This document shows, piece after piece, positions 38,311-51,698 of a stretch of DNA of 64,000 bases (positions are counted from its first letter, which is position 1; the number at the start of each line of letters is the position of its first letter). The stretch comes from Phoronis australis (Eukaryota > Animalia > Phoronida), in contig NMRA01000015.1 in assembly GCA_002633005.1 (NCBI GenBank), positions 194,054 through 258,053 on the forward strand, read 5' to 3'. Under the pieces are notes generated by a model. It was given only the letters and a program-made list of their open reading frames with translations. It made no database searches and was not told where the DNA came from. Both the position numbers and the translations under genes were made by a program.

Positions 38311-38801
38311 GTCTACAAAAACTGTATTTCCAAAAGTTATGTACAAGATGAACAAGTCCTAAAGAACATAATCTATAATATAAGAGTAGTTAGTCCTAAT
38401 GACAAACCAGATGTAATTATTTATTACAAGAATATGAAGACCTCTAATTTAGTGATGAGAAACAATATTAGTCGTGAGAAGGTCCGTACTGTTGCTAGAT
38501 GTAATGTTGTTTATGAGTTTACTTGTCCCGCGGTCGAATGTTTTCGTCATCATGAGAAACAAAACTACACAGGGCACACAGTGTATTTGTTGCCACAACG
38601 ACTTTCAATACATTTACAAAACGGCTCCATAAAAGACCATTTTCAAAACGTTCATGGTCACAAGATAACTCATCAGGAGATTGTCGATACATTGAAAATG
38701 TATACAGGTTACGAACATTAGAATCGCTTCTAATGTTTGAAAAACCCAGTTTGAATGAGCAGCTAACTGGAACTCGAAGGACACTATCATTATTTAAGTG
38801 A
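38311..38801 (+). mobile_element. Penelope-like retroelement 3' fragment (RT thumb plus GIY-YIG endonuclease)
   Basis: IIYYKNMKTSNLVMRNN...NVVYEFTCP..C......YTGHT..L.QRL..H...GSIKDH, then after a frameshift EKPSLNEQ. Confidence 0.8.
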
Positions 38802-39439
38802 TCTGTAGATTATGTTGCACAGCAACTTGTATGTATATTTATCGTCATAGTTGCGCATGCCAACTTCACGTGTTATATTGCATTTGTCATTTCTGATGTG
38901 CGTCGAATAAAGTATATTACTACTACTACATAACTACACTCGGGGAAACCAATGGTCATCGCCTGAGCATAAAACCGCCTTGTTGTTGTAGTCACTGATT
39001 TATTCCACTTCATAGTTATGCTCTGAATAGGATTTGATTTAACTCTCACAAATATATAGTATTTGTTCATTCGAAATGTTTCTTTAATTTATGCCAAGTT
39101 GTTTCAAGTTAGTGTACATTGCTTTTCGACAGCCATTTTATAATGAATCCTATGGTCATCATATGCTGCCACCTTTTGTAAGAACAGGAAGACATGCAGA
39201 AAAAGGCCAAGAAAATAAAGTGATTTACAGCAATTCTAGTTCAACCACAGATTGTTTTATTGGAATAATATCAATTTTTGAAATGATTAAAATTGGATTA
39301 CAATTACAGTTCTGGAAAATAAATAATTTTGAAATTTAAGCAATGAAATCAAAATTAGAGATAACATGCAAACACGTTTACAGCAATGTAACATTATTGT
39401 GCTAAATAATTCCTCTTCTTGTAACTTTTCAACAATCTG

Positions 39440-39700
39440 TCATCGATACTCTTCTGAATGTTGGCTGTGGCTTTGTGAAGATGACGGAAAAAATGTCAAG
39501 GCACCTCAGAGTATGAACACCACAACTAAATCTTCCGTCCAGAGGTCGCTGTTGGGAAAATAGCATGTTCCCAAAGCTCATGAGAACCAATGATAGACAG
39601 TGCCAAAGCTGGGGTGGTGACCACTTCTGACATGCACAGCAGACCTCATCTTCTGCATCTAAATCAGCACAGTCACTAGCCATCCAAATTTGCTGAATGT
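39440..39700 (-). pseudogene. Decayed PHD-finger-like C-terminus, probably from a pogo/DDE_1-type transposase
   Basis: Acidic stretch then DEVCCACQKWSPPQLWHCLSLV...CGVHTLR; frameshifted, no splice context. Confidence 0.4.
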
Positions 39701-42700
39701 ATACCACTGTCTGCTATTGTTTTATTCCAGATGTACCTTACTTATTATCGGTTTGTGACTTCTTTACAGGCCTTCATGAAGCGTACGTCCTGGGCGTCCA
39801 ACTGGACGCTTTAGCACTAACCTGGACGCCCACTGTATCACTTGGATGCTCACTGTCAATCAGGATTTATCCCCATTTAAAATGTTTGAGTTTGCGCTTG
39901 TTTCATGCTTTTTTATGTGCGTTTTGATATGAGCAGCAGTGACACCTGTTGCCAAAATATAAACCTGTGTTTTTTTTTCTTGTGTAGGTAAATGCAGCTT
40001 TGATGACTCAATGTACAGAATATAAAGCTAGTTTAGATATGATAAAGTTTATAACAGTTATTTAACTTGAGATCACCAAAAACAGTGCACTCATCATTCA
40101 ACCAATATCTTTAGTTTTTTTAGAAAAAAAGCTCACTACAAGGGAGCTGTTTTTGTAAACTTAGATGTAAAAGCCTTGTTTTATGCATTTTTTATAAAAA
40201 ACATCAGTCTGTGGGGAAAGGCGGTTTTACTGGTGAATGGTGGTAGGAGGTGGGGAAAACATGTTGTTAGAATCATGGACGCCTTGGAATATTGGGAACC
40301 CCACTTTGGACACCCAATTTTCGAAATCCTGGATGAAGCCCTGCTTCTTTAGTTGACTTTTTGCTCTTGTTGTTACTACCACCATTTATCTGTGCTGTCC
40401 TTCTTTTTCTTTTTAGTATTTCCTCATTCTCTGTGAACACCTTGCTAGGCAAAACAGAACTGTTATCCCTTAAGACTTGGTCGGCAGAAGTTGATCATTA
40501 GACCTCGATAAAGTTGTTCTAATAAATCACTCAATGTCATATTGTTTGAATTTTTTTGCTCACCTTTAACAGGGTTCTGTATAATCATAAATAAATAAAT
40601 AAATAAGTACCCCAGTTGCATTTGCATTTTATTGCCCAATCTCCTCTTTTATTTTCAATTACTTCATGCTGTGTTGTATGTAAAAATAGTGAAATAAATT
40701 CAATGTTTTATTTTATTGTTGACCATTCTCTATCAATTCCAAGTATTTTAATTTTCTTCAAATAAATCCAAAATGTCTGAACCAGAAATTTCAACATTAA
40801 TGTTGAGCTGTGCACTGTGTTTTGCAATAAAAAACAAGTGGAAAATATTTTTATGGGCAATGCGTGTGCCGAAACTGTTAAGCACCCAGCGTGTTGCATT
40901 TGTCTGCGGCATTTTTCCTTTGATCTAGTTGATCTCAGTTAGTGCCTGGGACAAATAGATACATCGCATAAACAATCCTTGGATTATTTTTTGTCCCGTC
41001 TAAAGAAAATTTAATTTCAAAAATGTCTTCTGAAAATGAACAAAAAAGTGCATTAGTGAAATCTACAAATTTTTAATGCTTTAAAAAAAACAGTTGGTAA
41101 ATGCACCGGTTTTCATCTCATTTTATTGATGCGTGTTTCTCTCGAAAGGTTATAGCTAACAAGCAGATGAGCACTCCAAATTGGAATGCTAAGTCCCGCA
41201 TGGCTGCGCTGCACACGAAAGAAGATGGTGGACGGCCACTGGAGCCTGAGGACAATAGGTATCCTAACGATACTATAACTGCCATTTTTTCAGGATTTTA
41301 ATATTGCCCAGATGGTCTGTGATGTCACAAGACATCTCAAATATTCACGTAATTCAAATTTTACAAACAAATGTAGTGGAACGTTCTCAAGGACTTAGCA
41401 GTTTCATGAACTAAATTCCAGAGGACCAGTTTTATTTGCGTCTAACAAATTATATCATTTGATTAAAAACTCCCTAGTTCACATTCAGACTAATTGTTGT
41501 GGTAACCACATTACAGCAGCTGAGATTTCAACACTGCATCACGTTTAAGCACAAAAAAGTAATACAACGCAAAAGAACATCGTGTTACGCAATAACACAT
41601 GACGAAAAAACGTGTGGTATGACATATGTTTGCGCGATATGACACATATTTGTGTCACCAGTTTTACGCCACATCACGCAAACAAATTTGCAATTACCAT
41701 TGCACACAATTTTTTACTTGCCAATTACCAAAACCTCGTTCCATTGTTTATCAAAATAAAGACAATATTTAGATATTTTTCATTTACTAACTATTACATT
41801 CCAATTTGAGACTAAATGAGAAATTCCCACTTTAAATAATAATGACACAATCAGTGTCAAACACCATCCAAAATACATATAAACAGAACTGGCCGGGAAT
41901 GATTCAGGCAGCGAACATCACTTTTGGAGTGAAACATGCTTAATTATTTAAAACCTGGGGAAATTTAGTTAACTTGAAAATTAATCCAAGATTAAAAATC
42001 AAGAACCTAATTTAGCCAAAACAAAAACCAAAAATGATTGCTTTCTTAATATCATAATGAAATGAAAGTATGAAAATTTTGCGACATAATGAAATGAACA
42101 CTAAGGCTTGTATAGAAATATATCAGGATTAAATATGCAGAAAAGAAGAGTGACCTTGACATAGATAACTGCAAGTCATCACATTTTAGATGTCTAGACA
42201 TCAAATTGGTTTTTAACTCACATTAAATGCAATCCAGATCTAAAATTCACATGGTTTCTTGGAAGCATTCACATATTTTTAACATAAAATACCAAAGTGA
42301 ACAAATAATCACTCTCAAATAAAATGTTTTCAGTTTTACTGCATGGTTTCCAAATGAGTAATTAGTTGAGGAAATTGACACTTGGCAACATTCACAAAGT
42401 TTGCATTTAACCTACAAATTATCTTCAAATCATAATTATTTGCATATTCATAAACAGGTGGTTCAATGACAGCTGTAGTGCGAAAACCATGAAAAACAAA
42501 TTAAAATAGAACATTTTAATAATTTTCTCAAAATTTCCAACAGGACACACTTGACCTGTTATCTAGTTTTTACAAAATAAATTTAATGAAAACGAGGTTT
42601 AATGATGCACATCAAAGTTGGAAATGAGGCATGAGCTATGACTGAACTGTGCCAGTGCAGTTTTATAGAATTTTAATAGCACCGTCAAGTGCTTTAGATA

Positions 42701-43771
42701 TTTAAACATACTTCATCACCATCAAAAACATGCCTATAACCATGTGGTTCACGTGATGAATATAGAAATAATAACACTACAGTAGAAGACAAAAGTAATA
42801 AGATAAGATACTGTTCCTTGTCATCACAGCTAATTCTGTTAACAACAAAAATGACTGACAAGCTCGAAATAAGTGAGTAAACGCTCCAAACCTCAAGTGA
42901 AAAAAGTATGAGCGGAAAATTGGCCTCACTTGTATGAGCGCCGAGAGGAGTTCCAAGGTTTTTTTTGGTCATCACTTTCTACGAGCAGGCCAAATCAATA
43001 AATACGATTATCATTGCAAATATTCAGTCACTTGAATTTTACAGCAGAGATTTTTGCCCGTCGAGCCATGACTGGTAATTAACTATTATGGATACAAAAG
43101 TCTTATTACAGAATGGCTTAGCCACCTTGTACTAACTTTCCTGTTAATACCCCATCATTCTCAGTGATGAAGGGTACTGATGATGAATTCGGATTGTGTA
43201 CACCTGTCATGACAGAGAGTTCTGGGCATATAGTTATGTTATCCATGAAAAGTGCTGACATACTTGAAAATGAGGTCAAGGGCACCAGAATCAACTGGAA
43301 GTTTGAGATGCCCCATCTACATCTTGGTGCAGAATATGTGCAAAATCTAAAGCTTCATTCGTAAGAGATCGCGGCAACAATTTCTAAGCAAAAACTTATT
43401 TTTTGCTGTGACATGAATACAATGTCTACGTATGGACATACATGGCTACTATGTCCTCCGCTCTCGTGCTAACAAGTTGCAGGGGATAATAAGACACAAG
43501 GTCAGCATGAAATGCACACCATCATTTAAGTCATCCTCAAAAACAAACAGAAAGCACAAAGACATCTACCTTTCAACAAAAATCACTTTCTATGCAACAA
43601 GAGAATGAGCTGTAGCACTTTTCCAGCTTCTACGCAATGCAAAACAAACTTGGAAAGTTATACAATAAGAGTAGCATTTGTAGCTTCTCAGACGAACCAA
43701 ATCCTGGAATTCAAATTTTTTGTGAGCATTTCAGGACAACCTGTATACATTGGCATTGCAACAATACCTAC

Positions 43772-43878
43772 CTGATCTAGTAGGGGCGACGGGGCAGCCT
43801 GTCCAGGTAAGGTTTGCCTCATCAAGGCCAGGTGTACACAGGTGTCACCATCCTCATCATCCGTCTTCACATTAGCAC
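43772..43878 (-). CDS. MIB2: MIB2 exon, ankyrin repeat
   Basis: GANVKTDDEDGDTCVHLALMRQTLPGQAAPSPLLDQ; acceptor ggtcag, donor CAG|gtaggt. Confidence 0.93.
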
Positions 43879-45372
43879 CTGACCACAGAAATGCATACAG
43901 CATTAATCACACCCATTTTTGAATGTCAGAAATATGACAAGGGCAATGGGGTGACGCACAGAAGGCGTGTCAGGAGGGAGAGTTGACCAACACCTTGAGC
44001 TACACCGGAAAAAATTCCAGAAAAAAAATCTCAAAACAGTCGACTAAATTCAACCCTTGATGTGTTAAGGACCTTACCAAACATTAAAAAAAAAACAATT
44101 ACAATCAGATAGCAAACTTGTACAGAAATTTTCCCGACAACAGGGAAACCTGGCCACCTGCTTGCTTGTACGAAGACCAAATAGCGTATATTAAAGAAAT
44201 ACAACAAGTACTGTTTGAGACGATAAGAAACATAAACTAGATATCTCAATTACCTTGTCAGTCAAATCGAATACTACCCTATCAACATGTGAAAAAATAA
44301 CTAGAAACCCATGGCCGTCAGAGCCTGCCATATATACTTGACCAGATACTTAACACCTGCGGTCTGAGACTGACTAACACTTAATAACAAGAGTTTGGTC
44401 TTATGCTCTCAGTGAAAAAATGTTTAGCCAAGTTATTATGAGCGCATCACAGGCTATAAATAATTCATAGAAATTATATCAGTAAGTCGCAGTCAATTGT
44501 CAGAGACTGCACTTTTGCCCAAGCGAGATTTGATTATTTTTCAGAAATAGTTGTGTGAAACGCGAGTCAAATTTTTGATTTAAGTCTAAGCCACTTGTCA
44601 TTAAAGAGGCTCCACATGTATCCTTGCTCAGCCAAAATATATACGGTTATATTCAGAGGCCAATTATCATATAACCAGTTTGGATGACTAGATAAAACAT
44701 TCGTTAAAAAAAAGATGTACTGACACTAGCAGTTGACCTTAAATGCAATAAAAATTTCATAAAAGTAGTAATAAAATGTGACTGAACATTTGGATCAAGC
44801 TTTATTCTCTTCACAAGTTTCAGGCATTAAAATATGACTGAACATTAGGATCAAACTTTATCCTCTTAATAACTTTCACTATAATTGCAAAATGCTCAAA
44901 ATGAACTTTTCTTATTAGATTTTGTGGAAAACGGATTCATATTGTTTATACTGATGAATACACAATCACATACATGTACACCAAAAAGTGTAATTATTAC
45001 AACTGACATCAGAACCTGAGCTTTACAACTACGTAATGATCACAGACAATTTTAGAACACATTCTACTTTGAACCCATTCCACTACACCAGGGCACATCT
45101 TATATATTAAGTTCCATGTTTCCATCAGCTTTTCCAGAAGTTTTATTCACAATAAAATATGACAAATCTACAAATTGTTGCTCAGCATAAGTTAAAACAA
45201 GAACTCGTAATATAACTCAAAAATGAGTTTTTTTACATTTAAGATATTCCCAAGTTTTCATGAGTTGTTATCATATTTTTATGATCCATGAGTTTCCTTT
45301 CCGTCACTGTCCATTTTCTGATTTTCTATAATGGGTGTGGACAGCGTTAAATGACAAAGATTCACCTCTCAC

Positions 45373-45475
45373 CTTTTGATAGCAGGAGGTCAATGATATG
45401 CATGTGACCTTGAGAGACAGCCAGTAAGAGAGCAGTCTGCTTCCTGTTGTTCTGGATTTCAATGTCTGCATTGGG
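45373..45475 (-). CDS. MIB2: MIB2 exon, ankyrin repeat
   Basis: PNADIEIQNNRKQTALLLAVSQGHMHIIDLLLSK; acceptor ctgttcag, donor G|gtgaga; phases fit neighbours. Confidence 0.93.
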
Positions 45476-46304
45476 CTGAACAGAGAAATTACACATCAAT
45501 ATTGATAAACTGTTACCTAGCATAAAAATATGAATGAAAAACTACTTGAAATGAAATAAAAGCATGCGATAGTGATTTAACACATAACTGCTATTGAATA
45601 ATTCAAAAAAAAATCCAGGTTTAGCATCACTTTAAAGTGAAAATCCCACCAAACATGCAACGCGAAAGTTCCCTGCACAACAGGTAAAAGTGACAAATTT
45701 GCATCCATGAAACCACGGGTAGTATCATTGTAGGTCCAGCAGTACCATGGGTAGTATTATTGTAGGTCCGGCAGTGTTGCCAAAATCAGATTTTTATGAC
45801 AGGTTTGTACTTGACCTCACAATAGACAGACAAACACATTCTGGACTCATCTGTGCCTTTTTAAAGGCAACTTCAACAGTGTATAGACGATACAACATTT
45901 ATCAGAACAAGAGCATCTAGCAGAGACCAGATTACAAATACATTATATAGGGGTAATTTTAATTAAGCAACACGCCTATTTGATTTATATGCATGTGCCT
46001 ACTTGTAATGCACACAACGTTAATACTAAATGAAATATGCATGAACAATGAAAGCAATGAATCTGATTAGGTCCTAAAGAATTGGAATATGACAGTGGAA
46101 TACAGATTCATTTACCAAACATTGTAACCATAGCAACAATGGTGGCGGTGCTACAAAAAAGTGTCATAAGATACTGAACGACCTGTGCAAACACTATGCA
46201 TTTTCACCTTCGTTTCTTAAAGAATGCATAATTTTTACCACAAATCTTGATGCGATAAACCATTGGTTAAAAAATATCTATATGTAGGACCCACCAACAC
46301 ATAC

Positions 46305-46431
46305 CATAGATGTAAGAATATCTACAACGTCCCTGTGTCCATTTAGCGAGGCGAGGTGCAGTGAGGCGAACCCATCCTCCTTCTTACTATTCACCAACTC
46401 ATTATTACGTGATAAAATCTTCTCGGTGGCG
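46305..46431 (-). CDS. MIB2: MIB2 exon, ankyrin repeat
   Basis: ATEKILSRNNELVNSKKEDGFASLHLASLNGHRDVVDILTSM; acceptor tgtttag, donor |gtatgt. Confidence 0.94.
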
Positions 46432-47126
46432 CTAAACAATGCAACAAAGGAACATCAATGCAAAACCAATCTCAATGCTCATATATCATTGAACCTGTGA
46501 TGCTCAACCAAATGGACTTCAAACAGTAATCATGGATAAAAATTGTTGATGAAATTGTCCATTTCATTATTAACAAGACCGTTTAACAATGCTACAAGTA
46601 CCTATAATTTTTCAAAGTTTTGACTGTGGAAGAAAACTTGAAAATAGTTATTAAAATATTCATTTTGGTGCTACTAATTTAAATACGCAGGCCATTGTCG
46701 GTCATACTGTCATAAGTTGGTGAGAATTCCCCAGCAAAACTTGGACAAAAAGGAAGTTGATCCAATAAAACAAATCACATCAAAAAACCTCAAAAATTTT
46801 CAAATTTTTTAATCAACCATCTTATAAAAGACCTTCAGATAACACTTGGTGCTGAGGGCTCCATTGTGTCTGACATTTCTTGGAAGATTTTAATGCTATA
46901 CATTTAGTACACATTACCATAAACAAAATTGCTGCACGAAAAGCTAAAAATCTGACCACTCCAGGTAAATAACAAATCATCACCGGCATTACTGACGTAA
47001 GTGACACTATGTTGTCTGTCTGCATACAGTGTCATCTGCTAATAAACAGTGTCATCTTTCAATATCATTGCTCTACTGCCACCTACAAGCACGGTACCAT
47101 CTGTTGATTAATTACAACAAACATAC

Positions 47127-47281
47127 AACTTGTTCCCTTTCAGAGCTGCATGGTGCAGTGCATTGAAGCCCCTCTTGTTCTTCAAAGTGAAGTCACTAGA
47201 CGGGTAGCCAATCAGCATCTCCATAATCTCACGGTTGTCCTTGCCGATGGCATCATGCAATGCCGTGTCGCCAAACGAGTC
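47127..47281 (-). CDS. MIB2: MIB2 exon, ankyrin repeats
   Basis: DSFGDTALHDAIGKDNREIMEMLIGYPSSDFTLKNKRGFNALHHAALKGNK, the typical Mind bomb GDTxLHDAI / NxRGFNxLHHAALKGN motifs. Confidence 0.96.
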
Positions 47282-47474
47282 CTGCATGGTAAAAGGACAA
47301 AGGTCAAATAATGGGCAGCCACATTTGCTCAACACAATTAATGTACAAGATGATTCATGCACAAGTACAACTTAATTGTTGAATAATTTCCAACAACATC
47401 GGTTTTTTCATTTTTCAAAAGCTTCTAACATTGTTGGGTTATACCTCAAATTCTCAGAGCATTATCAGATGGAA

Positions 47475-47950
47475 GAAGCCATGCTATAGAAGTAGCTATG
47501 GTACAGAAGTAGCCACGGTATAGAAGTAGCCACGGTATAGAAGTAGTCACGGTATAGAAGTAGCCATGGTATAGAAGTAGCCACGGTATAGAAGTAGCCA
47601 CGGTATAGAAGTAGCCACGGTATAGAAGTAGCCACGGTATAGAAGTAGCCACGGTATAGAAGTAGCCANNNNNNNNNNNNNNNNNNNNNNNNNNNNNNNN
47701 NNNNNNNNNNNNNNNNNNNNNNNNNNNNNNNNNNNNNNNNNNNNNNNNNNNNNNNNNNNNNNNNNNNNNNNNNNNNNNNNNGTATAGAAGAAGCCATGGT
47801 ATAGAAGAAGCCATGGTATAGAAGTAGCCATGGTATAGAAGTAGCCACGGTATAGAAGTAGCCATGGTATAGAAGTAGCCACGGTATTGAAGTAGCCACG
47901 GTATAGAAGTAGCCACGGTATAGAAGTACCCATGGTATACAAGAAGCCAA
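47475..47950. repeat. 17-bp minisatellite (GGTATAGAAGTAGCCAC) spanning N gap 47669-47781
   Basis: CCACGG at 47581, 47598 and onward. Confidence 0.97.
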
Positions 47951-48527
47951 GTACTACTACTTAAAAATGTCCGAGTATATACTTGGTGCTACTCAACTCA
48001 TCAACTTGTTCACTGCATACGCCATTCTCAAACTTAATGCCTGGTTAACATTTCTATGCCAAAACAAGACTTTAAGCTTAAAAGCACCATATAATCACAC
48101 CTGACATGCCCAGCCCCTCATGTAGATGTAATAAGTTCACAGTTCCACACTGGAAACACTTCGAGGAATTTTTGCTGAGTGCATGCATCTGTGGTGGCAA
48201 ATAAACCATCAGATTATACTTAATTTGGGAAGAGTTTAGTTACAGAAACACAGAGTGTGCCAGATGTGTGGTGTGTAATGCTGCTGCAAAACTAGACTAT
48301 TACAGACTAGAATGGCAATGAAAAAGTGCTACCTGTTGCTTAATTTCTGTTTTCACTGATTTTTCAAAAACATTTCCTCCCGTCACAAGAATACGTTCAC
48401 TTGGAACATGGCAAATTATCCAAACTGGTTTCAGTTGATCAGTATAATCCATATTTCATAAACAAGCAATTAAACTAAATTTCTGATCTAAAAACAGCCT
48501 GTTGTCACTAGTTCACAATATGTATCG

Positions 48528-48630
48528 CTTTGTCACTGGATATGAGCTTGCACCTAATATATATTGCTTTGTCACTGGATATGAGCTTGCAGCTAATATA
48601 TATTGCTTTGTCACTGGATATGAGCTTGCA
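48528..48630. repeat. 39-bp tandem repeat x~3
   Basis: GTCACTGGATATGAGCTTGCA at 48532, 48571 and 48610. Confidence 0.85.
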
Positions 48631-49018
48631 ACCGGTAAATTTATTCTTCAGCTTTGCAAATCGTTCAACAGCAGAAAACATTGAGAAATAAACTCACTTA
48701 AATTGATCATCAGAAACAACTCTCATCAGCAGATGAACAATACCTTGTGCTGTTCAAGCCCACTTCAGAGAAAATTTAACTTTTTTTGGGGTCTATGTGA
48801 AAAAAGGCCTACTACAGATTTTACCATTACTGGAGTCTCCAGCTATAATTTTTCATTGGGGGCAGAGTATACAAGAAATTAAAATTATAAATTTTCTGCG
48901 TACTGATGTTGTTCAAATCGTGAACCAAGAATCAAGTCTTAGATTTAGTAACACCCAGTTATGACATCGCATTTGACTTAAGTACGAGTAATAAAGCACT
49001 AGTGACATTTGTACTCAC

Positions 49019-49175
49019 CTGTATATTAACGTCACATTTGTACTTGAGCAAGACACGCACACAGTTGGCGTGCTGTTTATTGACAGCCACATGTAGTGTG
49101 CTGCATCCAGCCTTATTCAAAGCATTGATCGTTGCTCCTGAATTTAGCAGCAGATCAGTCAGCTCCGACTTGTTT
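49019..49175 (-). CDS. MIB2: MIB2 exon, ankyrin repeats
   Basis: NKSELTDLLLNSGATINALNKAGCSTLHVAVNKQHANCVRVLLKYKCDVNIQ; acceptor tttctag, donor CAG|gtgagt. Confidence 0.96.
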
Positions 49176-49787
49176 CTAGAAACACAGAAACGCGGCGACA
49201 TTAAAAAAACGGGAAACTGTAAAATAAAGTCATCTCATGGGTCTGATGACTTCCACTGCCACCTATCTGAACAACCAAATACTAGCTTAACACAATGTAG
49301 CATATGACACAGGAGAACATTTTCACTTCATGAAGAGCCATTGACTGAATACGTCGCAAGGTTGGCTTTTTTGCCTCTTCCTAAGATCTAGGGCACCAGT
49401 CTCACATAATTTTCAGTGGATGTAATGGCAGTATGACATAACCTCAAGGCTTGGCAACATCAGAGGTTGTTTTCAATCCCATTGAATGCAGTCATACTGA
49501 CCTGAATAAATTGGCTTCTTTTAAAATAACTTTGCTTCCAAAAATGAAAAGACAAGCAATCCATGATATAAATAGCTACCAATGATATAAAAAGCAACCA
49601 AAAGGCCTAAAACTATGCAATGCATCAACATAACATAAGACAAACCAAAGAGCCAGACACTAAACCCCAGACCAAAGAGCCAGACACTAGACTCCAGCCA
49701 GACACTAAACCCCAGACCAAAGAGCCAGACACTAGACACAAGACCCCAGCCAGACACTAGACCCAATCAAAATAGAGCAAGACATAC

Positions 49788-49936
49788 CCAAAGGCTGAGT
49801 AGTGCAGGGCGCTGTCCCCGTCCTCGTCACGGATCTCCAGGCTGGCCCCCTTCTGCAGCAAATGCTGCACTACCTCCAGGTTGCCTTGGTGACTGGCCAC
49901 TTGCAGGGCCGTCTTGCCACTGGACTTCTCATCAAT
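49788..49936 (-). CDS. MIB2: MIB2 exon, ankyrin repeats
   Basis: IDEKSSGKTALQVASHQGNLEVVQHLLQKGASLEIRDEDGDSALHYSAFG; acceptor tttctag, donor GG|gtatgt. Confidence 0.96.
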
Positions 49937-50438
49937 CTAGAAATATCAACCATTCATACTGTTGTTCACTTTTTTGCCACGTAACCCAACTTTTACAAGA
50001 CACAGGGACCAGTTCAAAGATTTCCTAGAGAGATTATTTGTCAATGGAAAATGGCCGCTGTGTGCAGAACAAACTCCACTCATACTGTGCAACAATTCCC
50101 ATGAATGTTCAATCATTTTTTCAGGATTTAATTTTCTATCTAGGTTCATAAATATATTTACAAACAAAAATAAACTTGTTTTCCGTAACAAGACGTACAA
50201 TTTAACTCAAAATATGTTTTGCAACATCAGAGTTCTTTTACTTGTCACAACACTGTGCAGAGTCTGGCTTGAGCCTTTTTAATTTACCAAGTTTTCCAAG
50301 TAAACAACAATTTTTGGCATTTTTCAGATTTTTCTTGTATTTGAGGTGACATATTGAGCATGTCAAAACCTCCTGACAAATTACGTACCTTTGAAGTGGT
50401 GTAGTAACCATGTCTAAGCCTCCTGACTAGTTACGTAC

Positions 50439-50596
50439 CTTCTCTGGGAATTTGCCGATGATATCTTGTACCTTGTCCAGGTGTCCTTGGGCCGCCTCTC
50501 TGACCAGAACGTCTGCACTGGGGGTGAACACAGAAACAGGGTCACTGCGCATACTGGTCATCAAGAACTCTTGCATGGTCGAGTTAAAGGCAGCAG
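50439..50596 (-). CDS. MIB2: MIB2 exon (linker plus first ankyrin helix); 5'-most clearly homologous exon in the window
   Basis: AAFNSTMQEFLMTSMRSDPVSVFTPSADVLVREAAQGHLDKVQDIIGKFPEK; acceptor gttttcag (phase 1), donor AAG|gtacgt. Two C-terminal RINGs rather than three indicate MIB2, not MIB1. Confidence 0.93.
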
Positions 50597-50663
50597 CTGA
50601 AAACAACAGAACAGAGACAGTGGCTTCACCAAGTGCACACACTATATGGTGGACATACTACAG

Positions 50664-50770
50664 AGCCAGTCTAGCTCTGTGCTTTAGTGTGCTGGACTCA
50701 TAATCCAAAGGTTTTGGGTTCAATACCAGCTGCTGCTGTCATGTGGTGTGTTCCTGAACAAGGCAATTAA
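50664..50770 (+). mobile_element. Degenerate tRNA-derived SINE
   Basis: TAGCTCTGTG..GGGTTCAATACC head followed by a GTGTTCCTGAACAAGGCAATTAA core-like block. Confidence 0.55.
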
Positions 50771-51109
50771 CATTGTGCAGGATTTCATATCTGAGAAAAG
50801 ACTGGTCAGATTCAAATGAAACTTTCACATACCATGCTTTATGCACTATTCTCCAAAATGCTGTTAGGAAATGTTCCTTTTTTGCTTAATTTATCAAAAT
50901 GACATGGTCATGAGACCAAATTAATACCAGGTTTGGTAGAAAGCCGAACATCAAATTCCTCAGGCTTTCAACTTTCAGAAGCATGAATAACATTATAGCT
51001 TTTTAAGACACTTGTCAAAATACAAACTGGTCAATTAAAAGTCCTCCATAACTTAAACCTCCAATGCTTTAGCCTACTAAGCTGGATAAAATGAGAACAA
51101 GCCACAGGT

Positions 51110-51395
51110 AGAGGTAAGCTGCCATGAGTTAGTGAATAGTCCAGGAGGAGCTGAGAGAACTCATCCACCACCTGTCATGGACTAGTGAACTGTCCAGGAG
51201 GAATTGAGAAGACTCGTACACAACCTGTCATGGACTAGTGGACTGACCAGGACAAGTTGCGAAGAGTCATCCACAACCGGTGATGGAACTAATGAAATGT
51301 CCAGGAGTTGAAAGACTCAACCAAAACCTGTCTTGGACTAATGGACTGTCCAGGAGTTGAAAATACTCCTGAATTAATGGATTGCACAGGAGCTC
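51110..51395. repeat. Degenerate ~50-55-bp tandem repeat
   Basis: CCTGTCATGGACTAGTG(A/G)ACTGTCCAGGAG recurs about 5 times. Confidence 0.8.
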
Positions 51396-51661
51396 TCACG
51401 GTGGGAAAGTCGGAGATTTTACTTTAATAATTTGTAAAATTTCACAACTGACAAAAACAAAGAAATGCTAGGTCATTATCAGAATGCCATGTCCTGTATA
51501 GCAGTCGTACAAAATAATATCGTGCCAAAATTTGAAGACCTACCAAGTGGTTAGCGGAAGAAATAACGCAATTTGTTGAGAAGTACCTTTATGACAATGT
51601 CAGGATAACAGACTGCTTGGACACAAGTAAAATGCAGTTATTTTAACATAATGTCACTCAC

Positions 51662-51698
51662 CAATTCTTGCTTTGTCAAAAACGTAACAAAAATCCAT
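51662..51698 (-). CDS. Candidate alternative first coding exon of a short MIB2 isoform (MDFCYVFDKARI)
   Basis: ATG + 11 codons + 1 nt, then consensus donor TTG|GTGAGT; phase 1 matches the acceptor at 50596; CpG-rich sequence just upstream. Confidence 0.35.

Noticed and set aside
47446-47950. Three long ORFs (ATSIPWLLLYRGYFYT repeats)
   Set aside because: Artefact of a stop-free 17-bp minisatellite spanning an N gap.
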